Made by a program: the position numbers and the translations under genes
Notes under the pieces: model-generated
The model's input: the letters and a program-made list of their open reading frames with translations, nothing else
What the model was told of the DNA's origin: nothing
Database searches by the model: none
Assembly (NCBI RefSeq): GCF_964204645.1
Contig: NC_134032.1
Location: 1,670,416-1,734,415, forward strand
Length of the DNA: 64,000 nt
Direction of reading: 5' to 3'
Source: Tubulanus polymorphus
Taxonomy: Eukaryota > Animalia > Nemertea
In this document: one piece after another, positions 39,092 through 53,290 of the stretch
Layout of the letters: each line of letters starts with the position of its first letter
Numbering within the stretch: the first letter of the stretch is position 1

Positions 39092-41996
39092 TCTCCTCTT
39101 TCCTCTTTCTTTTCTTCTCCCCCTTCTTCCCATTTCTTCTATAGAATTGTATAGAAAATGAATTCATAGATATCATCTGATATCATATCCGTTTCTTTGC
39201 TAGAATTTTAGATGATATCAGAATATTAGCCTGCCCAGATTAGGCAAGCCGCAACTATATACTTTTTTTCTGAAAAAATAAGCTTTAGAGAAAGACTAAT
39301 TCCTTGCTTAAAAAAGAAAAAGCAATCTTAATATGAAAATAAACAAGTTGTCTTTTGAGTTCTGATATGGCTACCGCCTGCTTTTCGATTATGCGCATCT
39401 TCTTTTTCCCAAAATATCAAGACATCATATATATAGTTGCGGGACCCATCAAAAATTAGGAATATTTTATAATTCCATGTTTTGATGATAAATTGTGACT
39501 TATAGCCAACCGCTTACTTTCTGGTAAAATAAATCGTTACGCTGTAGAAATGCGCTGTTAGGATTTACGAACAGAATTAGGCCTAACATCCCCAAATGCT
39601 TCATTCATAATTCAAAATTCCGTATAAATGTTAAACATTCGCGCTCGCAACTTGATTTTTTTTGTCATGGTATTTTGATGAGCTGAATTTTTGGAAGTTT
39701 CAATTTCCCCTACGCCACCAACTAATGATTTGTCTTGGTCTTGTATAAAGTTTTTTCATGAAATGTTTAATATTAGGGAAATTTTGTTCGTCACCTAAAG
39801 CAATTTTCAAAAATTGATTGGATATCATAAGGTGATTTCTAACAATGCGGTTCGTAGGCCTACAATCATCCTCCCAGATTCGGTATTCTTCATGTAAAAT
39901 GAGATGGCTCCTAAATTCAACTGCTTTCAGTTTGACTTTGATTTCTTTTGGGAAACGGCGATTTCATTTCAAAATTATATAGGCCTTCCTCGTTATCGGA
40001 GTTGCAATATTTCTATTTCTTGAAGTGACGGCTTTGTATGCGGACGATATGACAATCAAGAATAGGAGATAATCATATTTTTCTCTCTACTAACAGAATA
40101 ATTTGATTGAACTTCTATGGTTACGCGTTTTCGAGCGAATATGCGCCGAACCTTAACGCCGAACCAATCATTTTTCAGACTTCCTATTATATCATATTCA
40201 ATCGTGTGGTAAGTTTATATACTGGCATGTGTTACTGCAACTAGGCCTGGGGAACAGTTGGATCACCGAAAAAACGTATCTGCTGCAGATTATCTGAGCG
40301 CTTGTATTTTTTTTTCAAATTTTCTGGCACGACCGAGACAATAGGCCTACTCTAGTGCTCAGCTGCTCAGAATCAAATTGTTGCAAAAACATCAACAAAC
40401 ACTATCAAGTCGATGCTCACTCAAATAAAACGTACACTATCTTCAGTTTGTGACAAGAATGAACAGGGAGATATGTACCTTTATAAATAAAGATACACGC
40501 AAAATTATAATTTTTGAAATTGATAATGATCATATATAGTAATTCATGGGACTAACTACGCTATAGTGTACTCCCTATTGAATTCAAAATACATGTATGT
40601 GTTAAACTGAGGCAAACATACCAACCCTGCCTATGCCAATTAATACATATCACATCACTTTGGCTAGAGTTGAATGATCGATAAATCCATAACAAAATCA
40701 CAACTAAAACAAAATTCAAATTTGAAGTCAGATCGCTATGGGGTCCTGAAAGAAGCACCCATATCATAGAAAACCATTGTCATTATCGAATGTGGGCTAT
40801 ATATTCTGTAGTATAAGTGTGTGTCGGTGTAATGATTAGGCCCGGATCAGGTTACTGACTAGGAAAACCCACATTGAAAAATTAAGAACCTTGTTCGACT
40901 ATGATTTCTTTTATTAATATTTCATGAAATAAGTTGAGTGATAATATAGACCTTTGAAGAGTAAGACTTTTTACACTAATTGCAATGATTAAGATTTTAC
41001 ATAAGGCTTTATCCATGTTTGAAGGATTGTTCAATAACAGTTACATAAGCTAGATAGAGGAAATTTAAATATTCAGGCCCAGCTAGTAAGCCTGTCTTTA
41101 AGGAGCGCAATTGGATTGATTAAGATAGGATCCATTGCGCGTTGATAAAGAATCAATAGATATTGCGGCATTCTAAATTAGATTATTTAAAAACCGCAAG
41201 TTTAGGCGTTCAATTGGTCCTAACATTCATTAGAAACATCAGATCAAAATGATACAGCGTTTCGATACTCGTCATAAAGTACATTGGCTGCATCAATTTG
41301 GTGAATTTTATATGGCAAGCACAATTTTTCTAAATTTTTAAATGTTAAAGGAAAGTTTAAGGTGCTGGACCAATAGTTATCTACACATTTGTTTGGGTCA
41401 AAAATATGCCTCCACAAGGTGAATGATATGGCAAAAATTAAGAACATTCCAAATCAAGACACATGACAGTCATTTTTGGGGGAAGATGTAGACTTTTCCC
41501 AACATAATTCGAGGATTTAATTCCCAAACTTTCATTTTTCATTGCGCCTGCATGACCTATAGTCAAGTAGTTTTCACAGCTAGAATCACCAGCCACAGAC
41601 GGTTTGTTAAAAAAACCCAGGTTGGTTTATAATATAATCTATGAAATTTGATATGTAATTTGCTTGCTTATTCTTGATATAAATGAACTACCCTGATATT
41701 TGGTTCGGTACAGAGGCACGCAAAGTAGGTTCATGGCTGGAGGAAAGTAACCTTCATGTCAATGAGATTCACGACAAACATTTTCAGCAGTTTGCAGTTC
41801 TGAGGGAATTTTTGCAAACCGTAGGATCAAAAGTCTGGATATTTATCGGTCAACATGGTAAATAGGCTGAAAATTAAATAGTTCATATTCAAGACAGCGA
41901 TGACTGACACCATTTTTGTGAGTGAATAAATGCAGGCTTATTTCGCGTTTGAAGTTTTAGTGGTTTACCACATTGCATCTTAAAACTTTATACATA

Positions 41997-42094
41997 TAGT
42001 AAAGTCCGCTGCACAAGGCACCGAAAAAAAGTTTTTTCCTCGTGAAAAACGTTTTTGATGTGTCTTGTTATGCCGTGTGCAGCGGACTTAACTA
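41997..42094. mobile_element. Small TAG...CTA MITE (Academ-like ends)
   Basis: TAGTAAAGTCCGCTGCACAAGGCA / TGCCGTGTGCAGCGGACTTAACTA. Confidence 0.55.
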
Positions 42095-42554
42095 ATCTTG
42101 TTTTATATTTTAATAACTTAACGTACCGGGTGTTTTTTGTCATTTATATAAAAAAGCGTGTTCATGATTATGGATAGTTGGGTTTGTCAAAATAAATTTA
42201 AAAAGATAAGTTCTAGTTATTTGTGGTTAAAAGTTGGTTTGATTTTCAGGTTTTCATATCCCCATATTTCACACGAATACAAAAGGATCGGTTTAACCAT
42301 AGAACCACACAGAAACTTGCTCACTTGAGTAAAAGACTAGCTCAAGGAAACATTTTTAGGACCTTGTTTTGGACGTTTTCGTTATTTCTGTGGGATTCGC
42401 TTTAAATTATGCATGGCTACATCCCTGTAGCATGTGAATTAAGTTCCAGAGTAAATTTCCAGACGGCAGATGAAGGCAATGACATAAGTTAGGGGACCCT
42501 AAATACTGAAACAAAAAATCCAATCAAAACGTCTACTAAGTTTATTCTATAATA

Positions 42555-42735
42555 CAGTGGAACTTCGTAACAGCGAGGTTCATGGGACCAGAAAATATGT
42601 TCGTTATTACCGATAGTTCGTTTCGTTATATCCAGTATGAAATTAATAGTTATCTTTCTTACTTGGGACAAAATTCTATATTTGTTATATCCGATGAGTC
42701 GTTGTTTTCGAGTTTGCTATAACGAGGTTCCACTG
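42555..42735. mobile_element. Tc1/mariner-pogo type MITE with TA TSD
   Basis: TA|CAGTGGAACTTCG...CGAGGTTCCACTG|TA. Confidence 0.8.
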
Positions 42736-45700
42736 TAATGCACGAATAACTGACGAGGTAAACTTAGCAAAAGAGTTCAATATAAGTTCCACAAAGCTAA
42801 ACAGTTCAAATATCAAAACGATACAATTTATTATAAAAAAAACAGAATTATCGGTTTTCCACTTAAAGCATTATTAAGGAATGAAAACTAATACAGCGTA
42901 TCAAAAACATATATAAAAAAAAAACGCTAATTAATACAATCTTCGATTATCTTCTGTACAATATTTCTCTCATGCACATCGGTTTTCGAGAATTAATTGA
43001 TGAAATCGTATACCAGTAGCTACAGCTTGTTGGACGTCATTAGTCTGAACAGGAGGCATGGAAGAAGGCATGTGAGACCATCTATCTTGGTTTAGTAATG
43101 CAAGATAAAAATTAATATTGCACTAATATATAGCATACTGACCCACTACCTGACTCAGCTAAATAACTGCAAGTATTCAAAATAATATTGAAAGAGTTTT
43201 TTGATACTTTGGATGTTCGTAGTAATCGAGAATGGGTGCGCAGCGGTAAATCAAGTATTCGTCTAATGGCCGTCCTCCATGCCTTAAAAATGTGTCATAC
43301 ATACATACAAGTAGACATCAGTCCATTGGTAATACATTTATGAATCCCTATAAGTAATCTGTTTAAACTACTAATAATATATATATGTACATGTACATGA
43401 ATTTAGGCCACAGGAGGACCATCTCAGGTCAGTCCAATTCTGATGAGCCCTTGAGCGATACAAATGTAATAAAAAATATCAAGATAATTGATTAAAGCGT
43501 TTTCAAAATCTCCCTTCAAAACTTCAAAAGTGTGTAAGTGCTAAGTTCAGCAATGCCATATTCCCTATATGGACGGATGGATGAATGCGAAGATAGACAA
43601 CGGATGAACAGTGAGCACAATAATCTGGTGGGACTTAAGTCTCAAGTGGGCTAAAAAGGAAATATCCTGATGCGGACGTAATTTCTATCGACAAAATATT
43701 ACAACCATTCACAGAGGCTCTTCGACTTTGACATTCCGTCAACGATATTGGATAACACTTAACGACGTATGTCAGCAGAATAGCTGAGAATCTACAAATC
43801 AACTTTTAAGTGGCCTTATATTGTAATTTTCAATCTTAAAATTTGCCAATCTGTTGTACCGCTCAGCTGTATTTTTTCCTAACGTCGCAGCACAGACTTC
43901 ATGAGCTTGGTTATCACCGATACCAAAATATCTTGCCACCAGGGATCTAATTATGTGTATCCTTATTCTTGCACGTACTGATGAAGAACTGAAAGATGAG
44001 AGAAATCAAATAAGAAAAAACTTCATATCTATCTATCCATATATGTATAAATTTGAATCCTAGATCTGTACCTAACAAACACATTTGAGTGAAGACAAAA
44101 ATTTAAATACATTGAACTGGTATACCAGTCATACAGGGATTCAGGAATTGAAATTTTAATACAATCATTTACAAATGCAATGAAATACCTACCTTAATCT
44201 CTTTTGAAGAATTTTGGATACTAAATGAATTGGTGCCATGAATGGAACTTCCATTTGTGAGTAAGAATACACCATTCTGAAAATGATAGTTTAACGGCTT
44301 TAAAGCAAATATTTGTACTGTTGACCCAACTGTATTTTGAAGGTTAAATTATTGGAGGGTTGTACAAACAAACCGTGAGATATAATGTTTTATTCAATGA
44401 TGTTTTAATATTTGAACTTGAATACCGAGTGCAACATGCTCTTTCAGTAGTACGAAACATTGCTTTACCAAAATAATCTGTGAGAGTGTTCAAATATTTA
44501 TGTGATTTGAGTAAACTTACATTGGATGTACTGTAAATTTTACAAAAAGTGACTCAGCAATCAGTTGAACGACACAGCTGACATTATTTTCGACAACACC
44601 AGCACCATACGCATTATCAGACAAAATATTTTCCTCCTGCAAGCTGAATGCATAGAGCAATTATCTTTATCGTTAAACAATTGCAAATATCAAGAGAAAC
44701 TAAAATTATGGCACAAATGGGATGTCATAATGATATGAATTTCTCTAGAGTCCATCAGATGATGATTACATGAACTTGGCACCTCCATTTTCTGCCTTAA
44801 GCTTTAGATCAGAAATTCATAGAAATTATGGATGTTGATTATTAATTCATCCATAATATGGGTCGCTACTATGGTCAAGATTCAGATCTGTATTAAATCC
44901 CTAGATGTACATGAGCTGATGCTTTTTTTCAAAAATTAGCCAAATCGATCAAATTTTCAGAATCTCCTGTCATGAAACTTTGTTCTTACATGCTTGGTAG
45001 ACTGAATATCTTCTCAATATTATATCTGAGCTCAAGGAGAACCTGAAAGTATAATAGAGAGTTGGAGTGGTGTACATTTGAAAGTCCTATAGACATATTA
45101 ACGGGACACCATGCCACTGCTCAATGGGATCAAAATCTATGAAAGACTACAGCAACACCGTCTGCTGACTAGTTGAAACCGATATGTTTAATGATCTAAA
45201 CTAATATTCAATAATAGAAAGTAGGAATAGAAGATCTATGCTATACTGAAGTTGGCTATAGATTAGCCATCTGAGGGCTCAAGACATATATACTCACTTT
45301 CCCATTGCTGCGATACAAATATGACAAAGGAATCATTCTTGAATCGTCTACATCGTTTTCATCATCAATGAGTTTATTCAGCTTTTGCGAACAAATCATA
45401 CATACAATGCTATCAGACATTCTAAATTTAATGAATAAATACATAACATGTAAGCATCAAAGAAACTGAATTTACAAAATGTAATGTTAACCATGAACTT
45501 AAGATTAATAACCTCGAGCTACTTTTGGAAAAACAGATAATACACGCAGAAGTAATGGACAATCTGACCTCTTCCTTGACCTAGAAGAAACAAAAGCAAA
45601 GAGACCAAATTAGACATTTCTGTAGAATAACTACTGGCAGGATCAATTTGACAATTATAGGTTGATGCTATAAATGATGGACAGTTTGTAGTAGTACGTA

Positions 45701-48700
45701 TATATGATTTTACCTGATTATAAGCACTGAGCTTTGTTTCGACGATATGTATGGGACATGTGTATGTTCTAATCAAATGACAATCTTTTTCTTCCAGACC
45801 GACACATCCAGGATGAATGAGCCATTTACAACTTACATTCAAACATTCCATAACATGATAGTTGCTATAAAATAAGAAGAGAGTTAGTTTTTGAATCTAT
45901 GGAGTGAATAGTTTTCAATTAAGAATTATTGATATCTTCAATGTATCATATTCAGTAACGGTATACTGGTTTGAATTTCATACAATAATGAAGGCAAAAA
46001 GAAATTATAAAATTAAATCCTTTGATTCAGAGTTTAAGTGGTTTTGTTTCAGGTAAAAAAGAAATAACATATCTTGCAATGTAATATAATGCAGTTACGT
46101 ATTTTGTATTGGTCTTGACTGGAAGTACAACCATAATAAGTCACATATAAGCTATGTGGGGGGGGGGGGGAGATTGTAAGGTGAAGCACATGTGAGAATG
46201 AATAAAGGGCTAATATGCGCCATGAGTGGTGAAGACCTCTGCAGATCCAAACACAACATTCTTCAAGGGTGGTTCATTCACATAGACATGTAGATTAAAT
46301 GATATCATTAGGGCGGTTTTAATATACAATTTCAACAATCAAGAACCTTTGACATTTTATACCAACTCCTAGCTTTCTGATGCATAATTTCAGTGAAATT
46401 TTTGGCTCAGTCATGTAAATGTTGACAATAAAAAGATGTGCTACATCTTGAAGTCAATCAAGATCAAAATTAAATCCTTATTGGCTCTCAATACCTAAAA
46501 TAAAGATTAAGTTACGTTATATTGTGCAAATGAACGGAACTAACTTCTCTGTCCTCATTTGATATTATGACAAAAATATACAGGATGTATGCTTGTGTGG
46601 TTCCAAAGGGTTTGTCCGCAGCGATTATTTTATGATAATAAAACTTTTGAGTCACTTTTGCCTGTAATTGCACATTTTGCATTGGTTTTTGTTATATAAT
46701 GTGACAGAATGGGCATGAACCAGATTAAAGAATTAGGTGCTGCGTCAGAATGGTGATTCGCCTTAGTTATCTGACTCATGTTCAAGACATAGCTGCCAGG
46801 TGTCTGATGAATAATCAATAAATGATAAAATATTCCTGGTTGCAAATGATCAATGGATTTACAGTACCTTACTGTCATTTGTTTCAAACCATTAACCATC
46901 AATATCGCAAACAAAAGATATATAATGTCCTCCTTCCAAAGAAGAGCCTTGATGAACCACAACACTGCAAAGTTTAAAATTCTGAAAAATATGTGACAGT
47001 GTTATTTATGTGCAGTATTCCTAAAAAACTAGAATATCTTCAGTAAATGAGCATACCTCGTTGTGGAAGCTAAGAACTTCATCAAATCTCACAAAATCAT
47101 TTCTTTTTTCCAATGTCTTACTGAATCTTAAAAGGACAAGACAGTCTATTAGTTATAACTCCACCAATCAATTCTAGAGATACTGTTCATACCGTATGCC
47201 ATGCGTAAAATACCATTCTACAGGGTGCCTCAAAAAATGTGTTTTCAGTTACACAAAAGCAGTTTAAGCAAATTGACAGATTAAGTATTTACCTGTTAAT
47301 TTGAATAGCTAAACATTCAGGAGCCTTCAAAGGTTTAGTAGATTTCCTTGCAACCTTTAATTTGCAACTTCAATGAAAAACGATGGAAATGAAATCATAG
47401 CTAAAAGATAATACCTATAAATATGGAATCAGTACTTATGATCACTACATGAAATAAACATAACAAACTCACTGGGAACACTCATAGTCATCCAGTTCCT
47501 CACTACAAAAATATGAATTAAGTAACAAGACAAGGGTTGTGACTCCTTTTCCTTTATCCTTCTGAAATACAAAGAAAATCTCAAATGTCATATAGGAACT
47601 ATTTATAGGAAACATATAGAAATATTCAGCGGTTTAAGGGACCAAAAACACAGCTACACACCCCAAGTGATAGACTGAGGTTTGTGAATCCATCAGTTTG
47701 TGTTGATTCAGTAGAACAGGATCTACAGATGACTGAAAGAGAAAGTCATGAAATATTCAAACAGGGCTTACTGATGTGAAAATTAAGTGTAGTAAAAATG
47801 AATGAATCATTGCTTGAAAAGCTTTGCTACTTAAAATACCTTTTGTTTGAAGAGAACCATGGAAAAACTTAACAATCTGTTTAAAATCAGAACTGAAAAA
47901 ATAAACACACATTATATTCATCATCTATCTAGCCTCAATTTTTTGATAAGTATAAACATAATTGCATTCGTTCATTCGCTTGTTGCTTCATTCATTTTGT
48001 TTACCTTGAATTTTCATCTTCAATTTTACTCATCCAACGAATGAAGAACTCATGGGCATCACACTGACGTCTTGAGTAGAGCCCTATATCTAAGATAAAA
48101 TGGGGTGAAAATCAGTTTGGTTCAGTAAAGGAAAGTTGAAGAAAGAAGTGAGAAAGAAGCAAAACCACATTTTTTTCCAGTTCACCACGGTTGTGTATGA
48201 ACACCAAACCATCCAGCTCTTCATTATAGAACAGATAAGCAAGGGTCTCATTCCTCGAGACATCACCTACATATTTTGATCATAGTAGTGTATAACATAC
48301 ATGAATAGCATAAAAGTCATGAAGCGAAGCAACATATATAAAACAGAAAACAGATGAAATAGGAGTGAAATATTGCACTGGTCATTGTGGTCACCTCAAA
48401 GTCTTCAGATACAGAAGCAAGTGGCAATGAGGCTCTAGTCATTTAAGACCCTACTCAAAATTAGGGGATACCTATGGAATTTCCAAGAAAATAACGCCTA
48501 TGTGACTGTCATTGGTTTGGCAAGAAATCATACTATAATTAAATATCATATCAAAAGTGTTTGATACAGGCTATTCCTAGTATAAGCCCATCTGATCACT
48601 TTTCCTGAGATAGGCACATAAAATGTTTTCCTAAATCGCTGCAATAAGGTGAAAAAAGACTTTTGGTGCAACGACACAACTAGCACACCACGCCTACTGG

Positions 48701-49556
48701 CGAAATGCTTGACAATCTGAAAATAATCAAATACCACATTATTCCGTTATTCGCCTGGTGATCATACTCAGAAACGAATTATGTACCTTGAAACTCACCC
48801 AGCACGAATTTCAACACATTATAATGGCAAACCATAATCACTACCATTAGGAAGCTACAGGTCTCAGAATTCAGGGCACAAGTGACCTTTTTTTGTCAAA
48901 ATATCAAGGAACTTCATTGAAGCATATTCAAGATTTCCCAGCCAGCCATCTGGAATTTGATCAGGCCAGTTTTTGGCTCCAGATGCATCTAAAGTAGCTA
49001 TTAACCTAATATCAAAACAAACCATTGAAGCATCAATTACAGTTCAATTTTCCACAAATTACTGGGGCCTGTCTACAAACAATGAATGAAAAGTGAACAA
49101 ATTAGGCCCGCTAGGATTTAAGTCCCAAGTGGGTTAAAAAGCATTTGCATTGTAATGAGACATAATCATGTGGATTACTTAATACTTAATACCCTGAGAT
49201 GAAGCCTATATGTGTAGAGTATTTACATAGACAATGTGAAGCAAAGAAAATTGATGAAAAACAAATAGGAAGATTATATAATATACCAACCATTTTGCCA
49301 TTATTCTGTCAGGAAAAGGAAATTGAAATATAAACATTAGGTCAAAAACACTTTAATTCTCAAATTACACAACTAATCTAGTTTATGAATTAGAGATATT
49401 TTATTTCAAAGGACTAAAAATTGCAGTATAATGAGAAATTTTGATCAAAGTAAATACTTACTAGGCAAAAGACATTTCATGGCACTAGGATTCACTACAT
49501 GACTAATATTTGCTGATGTACTTCGCAGAACTAGACACAGATCCTCCAGTGTCTGG

Positions 49557-50050
49557 GTTCAAGTTCAAGTTCAAGTTCAAATTTATTTCACAGAAAGCAT
49601 GACAGGCTATGTACACAGGTTGAGAGAAAACAAACAATAAAATTTACAATTTTTTTAAACAAAGCACAATTATAAAAGAGAGAGAGAGGACAGTAGCTTT
49701 CAGTGTGGGCCAAGCAAAGCCTTTAGGCCGCTGTCGCAAGCACCCAGGGAAAAAAAAAACGAAAGGGAAATGAAGAAATAAAGTGGAAGGAAATGAAAGT
49801 TGATGATTTTTGATAATTTCAGGAGAGTTTATATGAGTAAGCTAGAGGGTTCAGGAGAGTGAGCAATTATAACAATTAGGGTTATTACATTGATGGATAT
49901 CATTGTAGGTGGAGGTGAGATATGGTCTGAGTTTACGTTTTAAATTTTGTTTGCTTGTTTGTAGGATATCATACCTACTGAGGGTGAAATTATCCTGCTT
50001 TACCTCGAAATCAAAGATGTTATGTGTCAATTCTATGAACAATAGGAATG
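49557..50050 (-). mobile_element. 5'-truncated CR1/L2-like LINE 3' end
   Basis: ORF end LKRKLRPYL...CNNPNCYNC; AATAAA followed by a (TTGAAC)n tail on the minus strand. Confidence 0.6.
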
Positions 50051-52079
50051 CTTGGCTGTGAGACGATTATCCCACCCTTAAGGCTGGCTTGAGGCTGATT
50101 AGCGGGATATGAGATCCTCCCAGTTGCTTCCCTGCTTTTGTCCGGTTCCGATTACTGGCAACTGCACTGGATCACATGGTCATGAGCATTTTGAGGATAG
50201 ATTTAAATTATTTTGAATTGCGAAATATATTTCCAGTTGAAAAGCAGTTTCGTTAAGACTTTTATCTTTCTGATTCGGTTTTGAATACAATGTGTAAGCG
50301 ACATCATATAAAGATGGCCGCTCACTACGTAATTCTACCAATTTCGTTTCTAGATCTTTAGTCCAGTCAACTGCAATGCTGGACGTTTGGTTTGCGTTTG
50401 AAACTACTTGAAATTACCGGTAAATATTTGTGACATGATACAAATGACACTAATGTAGCAATCAAAATTTGTACTATGATCATTCGGTCTCTAATTGGCT
50501 GGTATTCCTGCGCTCAGTTCCATCGCGTCAAGTCAGGAGAGGGAGGTTGTCATACACATAGGATAACATATATACCGGTACCCATCCTTTATATGGGCTA
50601 AGCATAAAGTCAAATTATGGCTCCTCACCGAAATTTGATGATGATGATTAGGCCTATATATCCAATCATAGAACTCATCATGAGCTACAATTTTGCAAAG
50701 TGGTGACAATTTTGCAATTGTGGTAAAAATATGCCTAGGTAACTTGACTAAAATTGAACCGATATGCATTAGGCTATTCCTCAGGCATTGATATTCACAG
50801 GGCTCTGCCCCAAATGACATCCAAGTCAAGTCACGGGGCCGTATATTTTGGTGCAGCTGAAAAGTAGCGATACTTAAAATAATATACATAGATGATGATA
50901 AATATTTCAGTTAGATATATCATAATAGCATAGGCTATATGGTATCTATAGTTAGTCTGAATACTGGTGGTCGTTTCACGAACGCCAGTTAACTTCGAAT
51001 TCGAAGGTGATAATCAAAAATTCTTCGAATTAGGCATAGATCATTTGATGATTAAATCTGTTTCACTAACGCAAATTAGCGAAAAATTAACCAATTCAAA
51101 TTATCTCAGATAATTCTGAATTAGTTGCCCATAATGCATTAGTCCTATAACATGAACAAGGTTTCATTCATAAATATCGTAGGATTTTTTGGTTGTACAA
51201 TGAAATTGTATAATTGATCGTTCCGTATTTTCTTTGCAATTCTTTCTCCAATGAGATTTTCAATAGGCCCTAAATCTAAAAATGTGTAGGTGATATATGA
51301 TAAATATCTTAATTTGCATTTTTGAAATGGGCATCGAAAATTAACCTAAAAATTTTTATTCGCATTGGGCAACTAACCCAAATTAGAGGCTTAATCCCTG
51401 TATGTAAAACCGGGCCCAGGGAGTTAGGGTGAGTTTAAGGGTCCGTTTTACACTTAGAGAGATGAAAGGGTTAGGGTAAGGTTGAGATACGATACGTTGA
51501 ATGCTATATGAATTGAAAACTTACAGCCAGATTGCAAGAACGTATTTTATATCTATATTTAGAGGATATATACACTGGTCCGGGTTCGAATCCCGCTCTA
51601 TTTTCTCTAAATCTGTTCAAATTTTCTTGAATTTTCAAAGTTTTGCATTTGCGCAGCATCAATTAGGCAATCAAAACAAGTCATTGGAAAAATGACATAG
51701 TCTAATAATAAGAAAGGCAGCCAATATTTTGCCAATGCGGTATTATTCCTCTTAACACTATTTTGCCAATGGCGCGTTCTGAATGACTAATTGCGGCTGC
51801 ATAGGAAAGTTTGGAGAACAGAGTTAGCCTAGACAAAATAAGAGCATAGACTAGAGTGGGATTCGAACCCGGACCACCAGATTACTGGCCTAACGTCTTT
51901 CCACTAGACTAGACCACTGGGCTCACTGACAACTACCCGTAATTTTTCACTACAGCCTCACCTTTACCAAAACTCTATGGGTAATAACGGACACTTAAGT
52001 GGCTAAACCTCACCCTAACCGGCGCGATTTTATTGTTACATTTCATAGCCATTGGGCATTGGCAAAATAGCATATCGCT

Positions 52080-52798
52080 GTGGCTACTCGTACGGACCCG
52101 TACGGATTACTCTGGAGGCTATTCATACGGAACTAGGATCTGTTTCACCAAGAATCTTAGTGTCTGATGTACCACAGGATTGGTTACACTAGGATCGTAG
52201 AGCGACGGAGATCACTGGTGGAGACAACCACTGCCAGTGCTGGGTGAAGGATCTGTACGCTAATTACTGTCGCTGATTGGCCGATAAACGCCCGCCATTC
52301 AAGGAAAGTGTGGAGAATATAGTTAGAGAACAATAGAGTGGATCAAGCGAGACTCGAACCTGGGCCAGTAGATAACTAGCACAGCATCATACCACTAATG
52401 TCTATTTATTAATTGATGAGACCTGTTTTTCTGGGATATTTTGCTTACTATTTGGGGTACATACCTCATTTATGTCTTAACAGAATGCCAAAAATCGCGG
52501 ACAACAACTGAATATCCGATATTATTCCAGTTCTGTACCAATTAGATGGATTAGCAAAAAGACTCCTTAAGTCCAGTTGAATGAGAGAGAAAATCCTCCG
52601 TTTTGTGAAATTTCTTGGATTTGAACATTGTTACCACTGAGCTCACTGACAGTCAGCCGAATGTTTTGACTAGCCTGACCGTACGAATAATTCCACAGTA
52701 ATCCGTACGGGTGCGTACGAATAGCCTACGGAATTATTCATACGGGCGCGTACGAATAGCCTACGGAATTATTCGTACGTGTCTGTACGAATAGCCAC
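52080..52798. mobile_element. MITE with CGTACG-rich subterminal repeats in USP intron 1
   Basis: GTGGCTACTCGTACGGAC / GTCTGTACGAATAGCCAC inverted ends. Confidence 0.55.
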
Positions 52799-53290
52799 TT
52801 GATTTACTAAAATAATGCTGCATTATTGGCAAAATATCCACTTCCATTCTTTAAAGCCTTCAAAATGGGCTTTATATATACTTACGACATCTATTGAAAA
52901 GCTCCATTGAATTCTGGCTTTCTGCGGACTTTTTAGAGAACAGTTTGAAATGTTCTGCTACACACTTAACCGATTGAATAACGCTGTTCATATAACAAGA
53001 CTGCCCATAATTAGTAAGACCACGAGTGTATTTTGAAGGCCTCTTAGAATATGCCCAAGCAGTAGAACCTAAGAACATCATATTGTATGTTGAAAACTGA
53101 AAAAAACTGTTAAATCGCTGAGTCGAAACTTGTCGAAAAAGTTATTCCAACTTGGCGCAAGTATCCGTGGCGCCTCCTACTATTGCCAACGTTTCAGTAT
53201 AGGATGTTGTTTGCATTTTGATTCTTACTCTGGCATGCACTTCCGCCGATAATTCTTACTTGGCACGATATTCCCACTTGGCGCATAACA

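Larger units (their letters stand above)
43818..53081 (-). pseudogene. Multi-exon ubiquitin-specific protease (peptidase C19) + PHD finger gene inside the 14.3-kb element, with a premature stop. Core exons 53081-52886, 49530-49462, 48089-48005, 47892-47840, 47732-47662, 47561-47473, 47367-47293, 47126-47057, 46981-~46870, ~46665-46546; PHD ~45866-45735; further candidate exons to ~43.8 kb
   Basis: Cys box GLTNYGQSCYMNSVIQ; VVNP; QCDAHEF; FFHGSL; CRSC..GFTNLSLSL; EELDDYECSHC; APECLAIQINRF; VVVHQGSSLEGGHY..G*WFETND; AYILY; PHD-like MECLNVSCKWLIHPGCVG..YTCPIH. The first nine exons splice in phase; TAA at 46894-46892. Confidence 0.85.
38964..53290. mobile_element. 14.3-kb DNA-transposon-like insertion: TGT...ACA ends, imperfect ~39-bp TIR, 4-bp TSD TCAC (Ginger-like signature)
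   Basis: TCAC|TGTTGCGTGCCGAATAGGAATCGTGCCATCTGAGAAT vs right-end reverse complement TGTTATGCGCCAAGTGGGAATATCGTGCCAAGTAAGAAT, followed by TCAC; removing it restores a minisatellite unit. Confidence 0.8.

Noticed and set aside
43200-43290. Minus-strand AWRTAIRRILDLPLRTHSRLL, resembling a LINE RT C-terminal segment
   Set aside because: Too short to tell a LINE scrap from an exon of the USP-PHD gene
48546-48737. ORF faintly resembling an integrase zinc-binding region
   Set aside because: No HHCC residues or adjacent DDE motifs; lies in a USP intron
51420-52020. tRNA genes suggested by GGTTCGAATCCC motifs
   Set aside because: No full cloverleaf; these look like two opposed tRNA-related repeat fragments
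52465-52635. Candidate second USP exon
   Set aside because: Contains stops, lies inside a MITE, and exon 49530-49462 already gives the in-phase link
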